Shown here: in pieces, positions 34,712 to 43,232 of the stretch
How positions within the stretch are numbered: position 1 is the first letter of the stretch
How the letters are laid out: every line of letters begins with the position of its first letter
Origin: Nanobdellota archaeon
GTDB lineage: Archaea > Nanobdellota > Nanobdellia > Pacearchaeales > GW2011-AR1
Direction: 5' to 3'
NCBI GenBank assembly: GCA_030648285.1
Contig: JAUSIC010000010.1
Coordinates: forward strand, 1-50,631
DNA length: 50,631 nucleotides
Notes under the pieces: generated by a model
What the model was told of the DNA's origin: nothing
Seen by the model: the letters and a program-made list of their open reading frames with translations, nothing else
Database searches by the model: none
Position numbers and translations under genes: made by a program

Positions 34712-35020
34712 TTATCTATACTCACGCCAAGTGAACTCGCACTTGACACACTTGAAGAACTTTGTTTCTGCTTCATCTCCTGCACGAGTTTGAACCGCCC
34801 AGAAATATGCTTTGTCATGAGAACACTGCTTGCACTTTGCACCAACAACAGGCAAAACCTGAGTGTCTTTGCTTGTCATGATGACTATTTCATTTTTCTC
34901 AGTCATTTTTTCAGAAGATTTTAATTTTATTTTTTCTTTAGAACTATAACTGCATCTAGGGCAACCCATGTTTTTCTTTTTCTGTACTAAAACAGAACCG
35001 CACTTTGGACAAAATTCCAT
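34712..35020 (-). CDS. tfs: transcription factor S / RNA polymerase subunit M
   Basis: MEFCPKCGS...CPRC N-terminal zinc ribbon; C-terminal CKQCSHDKAYFWAVQTRAGDEAETKFFKCVKC. Confidence 0.95.
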   Translation of the reverse strand: MEFCPKCGSVLVQKKKNMGCPRCSYSSKEKIKLKSSEKMTEKNEIVIMTSKDTQVLPVVGAKCKQCSHDKAYFWAVQTRAGDEAETKFFKCVKCEFTWREYR

Positions 35021-35067
35021 ATTAATTAAAATTCACCTGATATCATTATTTAGAATGAGTTTTCTTT

Positions 35068-35091
35068 AAAAACCTTTCTTGAAAGGGTTTT
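35068..35091 (-). terminator. hairpin plus T-tract between the signal peptidase gene and tfs
   Basis: aaaaacctttcttgaaagggtttt: 5-bp CCTTT/AAAGG stem extended by A/T pairs, with T-runs on both strands. Confidence 0.35.
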
Positions 35092-35136
35092 AACTAAAAA
35101 TTTCCTGTTTTTGTCTAAAACTTTTGGATTAAAAAT

Positions 35137-35784
35137 TTATCTCTCAGGACACAAGCCACGCTCAGATTCTGGCTTCAAATGTTCAAAAAAAATCAATTTT
35201 ATCCATCCAATATAGGGAACAATTCTTATTGCTGTTTTTCCAATTAATTTATCTTCTGAAATAGAGATCTCTGAGGATAATTGTCCATTGTTATTATCCC
35301 CCATAGTTGAAAAAGTATATTCTTCATTATTTTTTGTTATCTTTATTATCCTATGAATTACAGGGTTTTGAGTTCCTGCATTAAAAATTATTATATCTCC
35401 TAATTTTAGTTTTTCTGGTTTTGCTCCTACTATAAATAAAATATCTCCTTTGTTCAATCCATTCTTGAACCTGAACATATCAAATTCTGATTTGCTTATA
35501 TTGAATTGCTGATATTTTGATTCATGTTTTTGCATCCAATTAGAATAATCTGAAAAAATATTTCCATCATGATACATGCTGCAGGATTCAACAATTGCCA
35601 AAGGAAGAGAACTTCCTGTTGCTAAGCTTAATACAGGAAAGAAAATAAATTTAATAAATATGAATAGAAATATTACCGAAAAAATCCAGCCCCTAAGACT
35701 ATCATCTTTCCAGAGAAGATTCCAAAATCTTTTAAAAAAATTTTTAATATAATTTCCTGTTTTCTTTATTTTTCCCTCTTTCAT
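35137..35784 (-). CDS. archaeal-type signal peptidase I (S26B)
   Basis: N-terminal TM, catalytic-Ser region VESCSMYH, GDILFIVG and PVIHRII. Confidence 0.75.
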   Translation of the reverse strand: MKEGKIKKTGNYIKNFFKRFWNLLWKDDSLRGWIFSVIFLFIFIKFIFFPVLSLATGSSLPLAIVESCSMYHDGNIFSDYSNWMQKHESKYQQFNISKSEFDMFRFKNGLNKGDILFIVGAKPEKLKLGDIIIFNAGTQNPVIHRIIKITKNNEEYTFSTMGDNNNGQLSSEISISEDKLIGKTAIRIVPYIGWIKLIFFEHLKPESERGLCPER

Positions 35785-35904
35785 TTGACAAATTCCTGTT
35801 GACTAATGAATGAAAATCTTTGATTTGATTTCATAAAGATGAAAGTTTAAAGAAGTTTTTAAAATATACGATTTGAAAAAATAAAAAATAAAAAAAATAA
35901 GTCA

Positions 35905-36282
35905 TTAACTGCAACGTGAACCTTCGGGTGTAACACCACATCCATTAGGACAAGTTACAATTTGACCTACACAAGTAGGAGTTGTTGTTACAAGATGCTG
36001 ATTACAATAGTATTCTACTAATATTTTTGTATTCAGACATTTATCTTCTCCTATGAAAGTTATTTTTCCTCTACCTCCTGCATATTGAAGGCATCTTCCT
36101 ACTAAATCAGCAACTTTTCCTCCATCAGAATCTGAACATCTTGGTCCATTTGGGGCTACAACATTCCCGGTTAAGTTTGCAGAAATTATGTAGACTGTTC
36201 CAGTCAGCAACAAGACAATTGCAATTACGTAGACAAAAACTTCTAAAGAAAATTTCTTTGCCATCTCTTTTTTAATTAACAA
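35905..36282 (-). CDS. small secreted or membrane-anchored Cys-rich protein
   Basis: N-terminal TM (VFVYVIAIVLLLTGTV), then CSDSDGG...C...C...C pattern with 9 Cys. Alternative ATG start at 36264. Confidence 0.55.
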   Translation of the reverse strand: MLIKKEMAKKFSLEVFVYVIAIVLLLTGTVYIISANLTGNVVAPNGPRCSDSDGGKVADLVGRCLQYAGGRGKITFIGEDKCLNTKILVEYYCNQHLVTTTPTCVGQIVTCPNGCGVTPEGSRCS

Positions 36283-36371
36283 CCTCCTTTCATAACAATA
36301 TTAAGTATAATATTTTATTCTTTAAAAAGTATTCTGAAACATAGAAATATTTAAATAGTATATCTTTTTAT

Positions 36372-36392
36372 GTGTATACATAAGGTGTATAC
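36372..36392 (+). promoter_or_regulatory. direct repeat of a palindrome-containing 8-mer (GTGTATAC x2), candidate operator
   Basis: gtgtatac at 36372-36379 and 36385-36392; each contains the GTATAC palindrome. Located between the TATA-like atatttaaatagtata and the structured leader. Confidence 0.4.
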
Positions 36393-36515
36393 CTCATCTC
36401 TCTCACTTGGCTGAAGACGAGTGATTGAGTGAAATCATTGAGATTTCATCTCTCTTTAACACCCAGTTATGGCTCTGAAATATGAGCCTTAACTCACCAG
36501 TAAAGAGATAAAACA
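36393..36515 (+). promoter_or_regulatory. long GC-enriched structured leader or small RNA upstream of the AbrB-like gene
   Basis: Outer stem tctcttta (36451-36458) / taaagaga (36501-36508). 6+6 nt internal loop. 11-position inner stem agttaTggctc / gagccTtaact (36465-36475 / 36484-36494; 10 bp plus one T-T mismatch). Loop tgaaatat. ACA at 36513-36515. Confidence 0.4.
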
Positions 36516-36521
36516 AAAAAT

Positions 36522-36887
36522 ATGACAACAGACATATTTGACAACAAAATTCTTTGCGGAAAATGCAACACAAAAATGGAAAAAGCAAACATTTCAAAAA
36601 ATGGATTTATCTTTAGGGCAATGATTTGTCCTAAATGCCACGAAAAAATAATTCATCCTAATGATGAACAGGAATATAATAAATTTATAAATCTTAGAAA
36701 CAAGGAATTTCACGTTAAGATGAGACTTGTCGGAAATAGCTATGCTGTTTCAATTCCCAAGGAGATAGTTTTATTCATGAGAGCACAAGAACAAATCATG
36801 AACGACATGGTTAAATTATGCTTTGAAGACATGGGAAAATTAAGTCTTGATTTTAATAAACTTGAGGAAAAAGATGACAACCAATAA
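36522..36887 (+). CDS. zinc-ribbon plus AbrB/SpoVT-type DNA-binding domain protein
   Basis: CGKC...CPKC; LVGNSYAVSIPKEIVLFM swapped-hairpin (AbrB/MazE/SpoVT) signature. Confidence 0.6.
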   Translation: MTTDIFDNKILCGKCNTKMEKANISKNGFIFRAMICPKCHEKIIHPNDEQEYNKFINLRNKEFHVKMRLVGNSYAVSIPKEIVLFMRAQEQIMNDMVKLCFEDMGKLSLDFNKLEEKDDNQ

Positions 36888-39204
36888 AGAAGTTCAATTA
36901 AAAGTTGTTGAAGCATTGCAAGATGATGCATACAAAGGAATTGCTAGAATAGATTCTGAAGTGATGAGACAATTGGAAATAAGAAGGGGAGATGTTATTT
37001 TAATCAAAGGAGCAAGACCTACTGTTGCTATTGCTGATAGAGCTTATCCTGCTGATATTGGACAAGGAATAATCAGGATTGATGGTATATTGAGAAGAAA
37101 TGCAAAAACAGGAATTGGTGATGCTGTTACAATTTCCAAGGCAGATGTCAAAGAAGCAAAGAAAATTATTATTGCTCCTGCACAAAAGGGAATAATGGTT
37201 CAAGCAGAACCAGAAGGGTTGAAACGTGGTTTGTTAGGAAGAACAATGATTAAAGGAGATGTTGTTGTTTTAGGAGGAGTTCAGAGAAGAAAAGATTTGA
37301 TGTCAGAAGAATTTGGAGATATGAATGATATTTTTGGAAATTTAGGAGAAATTTTTGGAGGAATGGGTTTTGGAAATTTTGGTGGAGGAGTAAGCCAGAT
37401 TAAATTTGTAGTTGTTTCTACAAATCCAAATCAGCCAGTAATAATCACAGAAAACACACAAGTCACATTGAATTCAAAAGCAGTTGAAGTTTCAGATGAA
37501 AAAATTCCTGAAATAAATTATGAAGATATCGGTGGATTAGGAGACGCGATTAAAAAAATTAGAGAAATGGTTGAAATTCCTTTAAAGCATCCTGAAATTT
37601 TCCAGAGATTAGGAATAGAACCTCCAAGAGGAGTTTTATTGCACGGTCCACCTGGAACAGGTAAAACACTCTTAGCAAAAGCTGTTGCAAATGAATCAGA
37701 AGCAAATTTTATTTTATTGAATGGACCAGAAATAATGTCCAAATATTACGGAGAAAGTGAAAAGAAAATAAGAGATATTTTTGAAGAAGCAGAGAAAACT
37801 TCTCCTTCAATTATTTTTATTGATGAAATAGATGCTATCGCTCCGAAAAGAGAAGAAACAGTTGGAGAAGTTGAAAGAAGAGTTGTCTCACAATTGCTTA
37901 CTATGATGGATGGTTTGAAATCAAGAGGAAAAGTTGTTGTTATTGGTGCTACAAACAGGCCAAACGCACTTGACCCTGCTCTTAGACGTCCTGGAAGATT
38001 TGACAGAGAACTTGAAATTAATGTTCCTGACAAAGAAGGAAGATTGCAAATTTTAAAAATACATACAAGAAATATGCCTATAACAAAAAATGTTGACTTG
38101 AAAAATATTGCATCAATAACTCATGGATTTGTTGGGGCTGATTTAGAATCATTGACAAAAGAAGCAGCTATGAATGTTTTAAGACAGCAACTTCCAAAAA
38201 TAAAATTAGATGAAGAATCTATTCCTAATGAAATTTTAGAAACTCTGATTGTTAAACAAGAAGATTTTATGGATGCTCTTAAAGTGGTTCGTCCTTCTGC
38301 TATGAGAGAAGTTCTTGTTGAAACACCAAATGTGAATTGGGAAGATGTTGGTGGTTTGGATAATATTAAACAAGAATTAAAAGAAGCTGTTGAATGGCCA
38401 ATGAAATATGCAGATAGTTTCAAGAGATTAGGAATACGTCCTTCTAGAGGAATTCTTTTATACGGACCTCCTGGAACAGGTAAAACACTCTTAGCAAAAG
38501 CTGTTGCAAAAGAATCAGAAGCAAATTTCATTAATGTTAAGGGACCTTCATTATTGAGCATGTGGGTTGGAAAATCAGAAGAAGGGATGAGAAAAGTTTT
38601 TGAAAGAGCAAGACAAGTTGCTCCTTGCATTGTTTTCTTTGATGAAATTGATTCACTAGCTGGAAAAAGAGGAATTGACATGGGAACAAAGGTTACAGAA
38701 AGAGTGCTAAATCAATTGCTCGCTGAAATGGATGGACTTGAAGATTTGAATGATGTAATAGTAATAGGAGCAACAAATCGTCCTGATATGTTAGACCCTG
38801 CTTTATTGAGACCTGGAAGATTTGACAGAATACTTTTAGTGAATGCACCCGAAGAACCAGGAAGATTAAATGTTATCAAGATTCATACTAAGAACATGCC
38901 TTTAGGGGATGGAAAAAAATTATTTAATGATAAAGAAAAAGGAGTTTTTTTCTCTGAAATTGCGAAAGAAACAGCTGGATATACAGGAGCAGATATTGAA
39001 GCATTAGTAAGAGAATCAGCAATGCTGTCTCTTAGAGAATCAATAGATGCAAAACAAGTTACTAAAAAACATTTTGATGATGCTTTGAAGAAAATAAAAC
39101 CAAGTGTCACAAAATTCACAATTGAAACTTACAAGAAAGTTGAAGAAAGTTTCTTGAAATCTGCAAAAGCAGCGCTTCCAATAGATAACACTTACTTAGG
39201 ATAA
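36874..39204 (+). CDS. cdc48: Cdc48/VCP-like AAA+ ATPase (two AAA domains)
   Basis: N-domain ...[24 protein letters not shown]; Walker [16 protein letters not shown] twice; DEID Walker B twice. ATG at 36874 is preceded by gagga; the ORF track extends to 36847. Confidence 0.95.
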   Translation: MTTNKEVQLKVVEALQDDAYKGIARIDSEVMRQLEIRRGDVILIKGARPTVAIADRAYPADIGQGIIRIDGILRRNAKTGIGDAVTISKADVKEAKKIIIAPAQKGIMVQAEPEGLKRGLLGRTMIKGDVVVLGGVQRRKDLMSEEFGDMNDIFGNLGEIFGGMGFGNFGGGVSQIKFVVVSTNPNQPVIITENTQVTLNSKAVEVSDEKIPEINYEDIGGLGDAIKKIREMVEIPLKHPEIFQRLGIEPPRGVLLHGPPGTGKTLLAKAVANESEANFILLNGPEIMSKYYGESEKKIRDIFEEAEKTSPSIIFIDEIDAIAPKREETVGEVERRVVSQLLTMMDGLKSRGKVVVIGATNRPNALDPALRRPGRFDRELEINVPDKEGRLQILKIHTRNMPITKNVDLKNIASITHGFVGADLESLTKEAAMNVLRQQLPKIKLDEESIPNEILETLIVKQEDFMDALKVVRPSAMREVLVETPNVNWEDVGGLDNIKQELKEAVEWPMKYADSFKRLGIRPSRGILLYGPPGTGKTLLAKAVAKESEANFINVKGPSLLSMWVGKSEEGMRKVFERARQVAPCIVFFDEIDSLAGKRGIDMGTKVTERVLNQLLAEMDGLEDLNDVIVIGATNRPDMLDPALLRPGRFDRILLVNAPEEPGRLNVIKIHTKNMPLGDGKKLFNDKEKGVFFSEIAKETAGYTGADIEALVRESAMLSLRESIDAKQVTKKHFDDALKKIKPSVTKFTIETYKKVEESFLKSAKAALPIDNTYLG

Positions 39205-39234
39205 ATTTATAAATTCAACAAAAATTCTCTTAAA

Positions 39235-39441
39235 ATGCCCGAAGAATTAAAAAAAGCACCTTTTCAGATAACAGAGGAAGAATTCCATAGATGGAACAGC
39301 GAGAGTAGAATAGGTTATCCTTATGGCAGAAGCAATGATTTTATTATAACTCTAATGGTAAATGATGGAAGAGTTCATTATCGTAAATCAGAATTAGATA
39401 AAGGAAGATTTATTTATTATCATCTTTCAGGAAAATTCTGA
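39235..39441 (+). CDS. hypothetical protein (orphan)
   Basis: 68-aa ORF. TATA aaatttataaatt lies ~25 nt upstream. Confidence 0.45.
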   Translation: MPEELKKAPFQITEEEFHRWNSESRIGYPYGRSNDFIITLMVNDGRVHYRKSELDKGRFIYYHLSGKF

Positions 39442-39442
39442 A

Positions 39443-40453
39443 TCAATTAGTTGTAATAATTTTTTCTTTTGAAATTAATATAGTATGTTCTGCCTGAGAG
39501 ACAAGCCCATGAGAGAGTTCAATTAATTGTGGATACTGATGAATATTTTCATTTTCTTCTAACTGCTTTAATGCAAACAATGCCTTTGTTCCAAATTCTT
39601 TTACTAACCATCTTGAACAGAACGGAAGAGTCTGATATTCTTTTTCAATAAATTCTCCAACTTCTCTTGCTGTTTCACTCCTGACATTTTTCCAATTAAT
39701 TAGAGCATAAATTCCAGAAGGTTTTCCCTCGTAAACTTTTCCAGAACCATTTGTTGCAAAAGGTTCAATTGCAAAACTTCCTTTTGAAAGTTTTATTGTA
39801 GATTTATTATCATGATTTGGGATTGTTAAACCTGCGTGCAAATCATACTGCTGCATTTCATGTCCTGAAAGATTAATTATTGGAGTAAATCCTAAACTTT
39901 CTATTGTTTCTTGAATTGTTTTTCCTATCTGTGAAAGAGGGAGATTTTCTTCTGCTATTTCAATTGCATTCATTAATGCCTTTTCACTTGCTTCTATTAA
40001 TTTTTTATTTTGCTCATTGTTTTCCAAATCAATTGAGAATGCAGTATCTGCAACATAACCATTTACATGAACTCCTAAGTCAACTTTCAATAATCCATGT
40101 GCTAATGTTTCATCATTGTAAGCAGGAGTATAATGCGCAGCGATATCGTTTATGCTGAGGTTAACTGGAAATGCTGGTTTTCCTCCTAATTCAATAATTT
40201 TCTCTTCTATTTTTTCTGCAATTTCAAGGAGTTTCATATCTTTTTTAATTATTGATTTTGCATAATCTACAGATTTTTTTGCTATTTTTCCTGCTTCAAG
40301 AATTTTTTCTTCTTTTGATGCTTTACTTGTTGAGTTATCTTTAGGAATTTCTTTTCTTTTTGTTTTAGAAATAGGAGTATTTTGTATATTTGCTTTTGCA
40401 GATAATGATTTTCCTTCTCTGCCTGTGCTTCCGCCGTATTGTTTTTCTGTCAT
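39443..40453 (-). CDS. map: type 2 methionine aminopeptidase with N-terminal extension
   Basis: LLEIAEKIEEKIIELGGKPAFPVNLSINDIAAHYTP..., the archaeal MetAP2 pattern. Confidence 0.93.
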   Translation of the reverse strand: MTEKQYGGSTGREGKSLSAKANIQNTPISKTKRKEIPKDNSTSKASKEEKILEAGKIAKKSVDYAKSIIKKDMKLLEIAEKIEEKIIELGGKPAFPVNLSINDIAAHYTPAYNDETLAHGLLKVDLGVHVNGYVADTAFSIDLENNEQNKKLIEASEKALMNAIEIAEENLPLSQIGKTIQETIESLGFTPIINLSGHEMQQYDLHAGLTIPNHDNKSTIKLSKGSFAIEPFATNGSGKVYEGKPSGIYALINWKNVRSETAREVGEFIEKEYQTLPFCSRWLVKEFGTKALFALKQLEENENIHQYPQLIELSHGLVSQAEHTILISKEKIITTN

Positions 40454-40487
40454 AAATTAGAGAAATTTAACTGATTTTTTAATGTTT

Positions 40488-40605
40488 GTATTGCACTCAC
40501 TTCGCTCGTGAATTGATGATATTGATAATCTAGAAACGATATTTTAAGTTGAACTTTGAGTATCTAGTTAACATAATATTAATTGAGCGATAGCGAACAA
40601 ATTAT
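40488..40605 (-). repeat. Intergenic repeat family R, copy R5 (subfamily B, 5' module diverged)
   Basis: Reverse strand reads ...caaagttcaacttaaaatatcgtttctagattatcaatatcatcaattcacgagcgaagtgagtgcaatac. Confidence 0.55.
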
Positions 40606-40611
40606 ATCTCC

Positions 40612-40872
40612 TTATTCTTTCTCTAAAAATTCAAAAATTTCTTTTTGTTTATGACTGTTTAATCCAACATGAATTTCTCCTGTAGAGGGTTTGATATTTA
40701 AAAATCCCTTATTTATCAACTCTTTTATTGCTTTTTTATGTTCTTTTGTTCCTCTTAAATGATCTGGAAGGCATTTTTGAAGATTTTTTATTTCTGTATG
40801 GCGTCCACCCCAGATATTCAAATTGACTAATTTTCTAAGAATTCTTTTCATTATAGCAATCTGCAAATCCAT
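40612..40872 (-). CDS. small hypothetical protein (possible winged-helix)
   Basis: 86-aa ORF, divergent from the wHTH gene at 40966. Confidence 0.5.
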   Translation of the reverse strand: MDLQIAIMKRILRKLVNLNIWGGRHTEIKNLQKCLPDHLRGTKEHKKAIKELINKGFLNIKPSTGEIHVGLNSHKQKEIFEFLEKE

Positions 40873-40908
40873 AATCTTATTACTATTATTATCTATTAAA
40901 ATTTATCT

Positions 40909-40955
40909 GGAACAGTAGTGTTCCATTTTAGAAACATTTAAATAAGGTGTTTCTA
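40909..40955. promoter_or_regulatory. two inverted repeats sharing a GAAACA/TGTTTC half-site in a divergent promoter
   Basis: ggaaca-gtag-tgttcc (40909-40924). tagaaaca-N11-tgtttcta (40929-40955) brackets the TATA-like tttaaata. A further ggaaaca lies at the start codon (40968-40974). Confidence 0.5.
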
Positions 40956-40965
40956 TTAGTTTCAT

Positions 40966-41262
40966 ATGGAAACATTATTCAGAAGAGCATTAGGAGATAC
41001 CCCTAAGATAAGAGTCTTGGAATTCCTGATAGAAGGAAGAGAATTAGATTATAGTATTTCAGATATAGCAGAGGGTTCTGAAATCGGAAGAACAACTCTA
41101 TTCAGAATTTTTGATGATTTATTAAAAACAGGAATAATTGTTCAGACAAGAGAAATTGGAAATGCAAAATTATTCAGATTAAATATGAAAAATACTTTTG
41201 TTCAAAAACTTGTTGGACTTTTTGATGAGATAATTTTTGCGAAGAAGAAGGTTGTTGCTTAA
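40966..41262 (+). CDS. winged-helix transcriptional regulator
   Basis: PKIRVLEFLIEGRELDYSISDIAEGSEIGRTTLFRIFDDLLKTGIIVQTREIGNAKLFRLN. Confidence 0.75.
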   Translation: METLFRRALGDTPKIRVLEFLIEGRELDYSISDIAEGSEIGRTTLFRIFDDLLKTGIIVQTREIGNAKLFRLNMKNTFVQKLVGLFDEIIFAKKKVVA

Positions 41263-41289
41263 ATCTTTAGTGCTTTTTAGGAAGGATTG

Positions 41290-41417
41290 ATTAATTTTTC
41301 CAGACTTCGTCATGGAAAAATTTTAGAAGATAATTAATGTGTAAATAACCTTTGATGCTTGGTTCAACCTAATAATTAGTTTAAAACATCGACAACAGAC
41401 TTCAATTCTACTATTAA
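41290..41417 (-). repeat. Intergenic repeat family R, copy R8 (subfamily A) with distal GAC-GAA-GUC hairpin
   Basis: Reverse strand reads ttaatagtagaattgaagtctgttgtcgatgttttaaac...ccaagcatcaaaggttatttacacattaattatctt...tttttcca-t-gac-gaa-gtc-tggaaaaa (hairpin 41295-41320). Confidence 0.65.
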
Positions 41418-41427
41418 GATTTCCTCT

Positions 41428-41446
41428 AAAAATTCTGCTTTAGCAG
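41428..41446 (-). terminator. hairpin plus T5 tract after ORF 41452-41871
   Basis: Reverse strand reads ctgc-taaa-gcag followed by aattttt, beginning 5 nt after the stop codon. Confidence 0.45.
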
Positions 41447-41451
41447 ACAAA

Positions 41452-41871
41452 TTAAATTTCTTTAAAAGATTTGTTTATACCAAATTCAAGACATATAGGA
41501 AGAAATTCACATCCTTTACAGATAGTTTTTAGTTCCTCATCTTTTATTTTTTCTATCGCTTTATCAATTAACTCCGAAATTTTATGAGTTGTATCTGGTT
41601 TTATCTTAATTAGTCTTAATGTTTTGTTGTCCATAACTCTTACCCAATGAGAAATCTTGTATTTAGAGGGTTTATCACAAATACCTTCTTTTATGTGAGG
41701 ACATTTTTCACAAAAATCATCACAACTATTTTTGATATTAACAATCTGATTTGGATTTTTTTGAATTTCATCAAATATCCTCCATGCATTTCCCTTGCAT
41801 TCATCATTGTACCAAGCAGTACCACTAAATCTGGAAATGCAAATTAAGTGATGTGCTCTTAGGTTTAACAT
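41452..41871 (-). CDS. Cys-rich DUF1284-like protein
   Basis: RAHHLICISRFSG... plus CDDFCEKCPH and CKGCEFLPIC cysteine clusters. Confidence 0.5.
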   Translation of the reverse strand: MLNLRAHHLICISRFSGTAWYNDECKGNAWRIFDEIQKNPNQIVNIKNSCDDFCEKCPHIKEGICDKPSKYKISHWVRVMDNKTLRLIKIKPDTTHKISELIDKAIEKIKDEELKTICKGCEFLPICLEFGINKSFKEI

Positions 41872-41878
41872 TCTCTTT

Positions 41879-42154
41879 TTATTTTTCTCTTTTTAATTTG
41901 TCCAGATACATTATTCCGGCTGAGAGAGAAATAACTGAAGGAATAAAAACTATGACAGAGTTCTTTAAATAATTAATCTCTGTGGGAGTTGGCTTATTTT
42001 CTTCAACAATAGGAGTTTCATTCCTTCTAAAATATTCTTTCCCGAACTCCACATAGCTTTTCATTGAATCTGTAATTCCCAAAGCTCCTGCTACAATAGA
42101 GAATATTCCTACGATTTTCCTTAATGTTTTTCTTTCTACCATAAAAATATCCAT
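41879..42154 (-). CDS. small membrane protein
   Basis: Two hydrophobic helices (IVGIFSIVAGALGI; VIVFIPSVISLSAGIMYL). Confidence 0.5.
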   Translation of the reverse strand: MDIFMVERKTLRKIVGIFSIVAGALGITDSMKSYVEFGKEYFRRNETPIVEENKPTPTEINYLKNSVIVFIPSVISLSAGIMYLDKLKREK

Positions 42155-42235
42155 ATTTTTCCCTTTTTAAAGATAGTAGATAATATATAATAAAAAATAT
42201 ATAATATTTCTTGTACAATTAAAAATTAAATAAAA

Positions 42236-42703
42236 TTATATCTCCTTATTCTTCAATCTTCTCATCTTTGGGATAAAATTGCTGATTTTATTTTCAGAGG
42301 CTTTTCCACAGCCTAAAACTTCATCCTTGTATTTCATTACTAAAAATCCTTTTTGTTCTGTTTGAATGTTTAAATCTCTGCCAGACATCCATTCTTTTGA
42401 TTGCTGTTGGTTTAATTCAAAAATGTTCTTGCTTATTTGTTCTTTTAGAATTTGTGTGGCTTCTATGCTTAATTTTGGAAAATCATTCATTATTCTTGCA
42501 AAATAAACTCCTATTCTTTCAATTGGAACTTCTGATTCAATTATTCTTATTTCATTCTCTTTTAATTTTCCAGAGAAAAAGAAAATCCTGTCGTTTCCGA
42601 ATTTAATTAACATGCCAGGAATTTCTTTTACTCCAAACTGCTTATTTAGTTTTCTTTCTATTTCTCTCTTTTCATTTTTTGAAAGAATTTTTATAAAAGT
42701 CAT
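42236..42703 (-). CDS. PUA-like RNA-binding domain protein (resembles the C-terminal domain of RsmF/NSUN methyltransferases)
   Basis: ...KGFLVMKYKDEVLGCGKASENKISNFIPKMRRL, the typical end of the RsmF/NSUN C-terminal domain. 4-nt overlap with the upstream gene. Confidence 0.5.
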   Translation of the reverse strand: MTFIKILSKNEKREIERKLNKQFGVKEIPGMLIKFGNDRIFFFSGKLKENEIRIIESEVPIERIGVYFARIMNDFPKLSIEATQILKEQISKNIFELNQQQSKEWMSGRDLNIQTEQKGFLVMKYKDEVLGCGKASENKISNFIPKMRRLKNKEI

Positions 42704-43125
42704 TTTATTTCTTTTAATCCTGTTAATTTAGATGAAGATTGTATTTTTTTGCCTAATTTATCTACAATTTTTATGTTAAGTTCTTTGCAAATTTTTGCTT
42801 CTGGAATTTCATAACTGAATCTATCCCCTCCTTTTGCAAATATTATTTCATTTCCTTTAAATCTTTTAGCTATTGCCTTTATTGATTCACAACAAGATTT
42901 GTCTTTATCTATATTTAAAAAAACTTCATCTACATATTTTATAGATTTTAATATTTCTACTCTTTCTTTTTGGTACATGAATGGTTTTGTTTTTTTCAAA
43001 ATACATTGTGCATCATTATTTACTATTACGATTAATTTATCTCCAAGTTTTTTGGATAATTTTAGATATTCAATATGCCCAATATGAATTGGGTCAAAAT
43101 ATCCTGATGCTATTATTATTTTCAT
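42700..43125 (-). CDS. cytidylyltransferase-family nucleotidyltransferase (HldE/RfaE domain-II or RibL-like)
   Basis: IIASGYFDPIHIGHIEYLKLSKKLGDKLIVIVNND (HxGH) and ...AKGGD. Confidence 0.75.
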   Translation of the reverse strand: MKIIIASGYFDPIHIGHIEYLKLSKKLGDKLIVIVNNDAQCILKKTKPFMYQKERVEILKSIKYVDEVFLNIDKDKSCCESIKAIAKRFKGNEIIFAKGGDRFSYEIPEAKICKELNIKIVDKLGKKIQSSSKLTGLKEIK

Positions 43126-43232
43126 TTTGTCCTTTGTATCATTTTTTATATTTTTTCATTTTAATTTTTTAAACTTTGCAACAAAGAATCCTTCAACTCG
43201 GCATCTTACATTGATAATTAATTTTATTTTTT

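Noticed and set aside
35068-35091. The hairpin aaaaacctttcttgaaagggtttt considered as a regulatory RNA
   Set aside because: It is a short A/T-flanked palindrome between two co-oriented genes and is most simply a terminator. It is listed as a low-confidence feature only.
36421-36480. Possible C/D-box sRNA (GTGATTGA ... CTGA); TGATGA at 40514 was also considered
   Set aside because: The C-box candidate deviates from RUGAUGA. No D'/C' boxes lie at the correct spacing, and there is no terminal stem. The 40514 TGATGA lies inside repeat R5 without a matching CTGA.
36403-36597. 64-aa reverse-strand ORF across the structured leader
   Set aside because: It is antisense to the AbrB-like gene start and to a region better explained by RNA structure. 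There is no promoter or start context.
37518-38681. Several reverse-strand ORFs (74-186 aa) inside cdc48. Similar antisense ORFs lie inside valS, prf1, lig, topA, polB, minD, the MFS gene and others.
   Set aside because: They are antisense shadows of long, confidently identified genes, with low-complexity Ser/Phe/Leu-rich translations typical of the reverse frame of Lys/Glu-rich genes.
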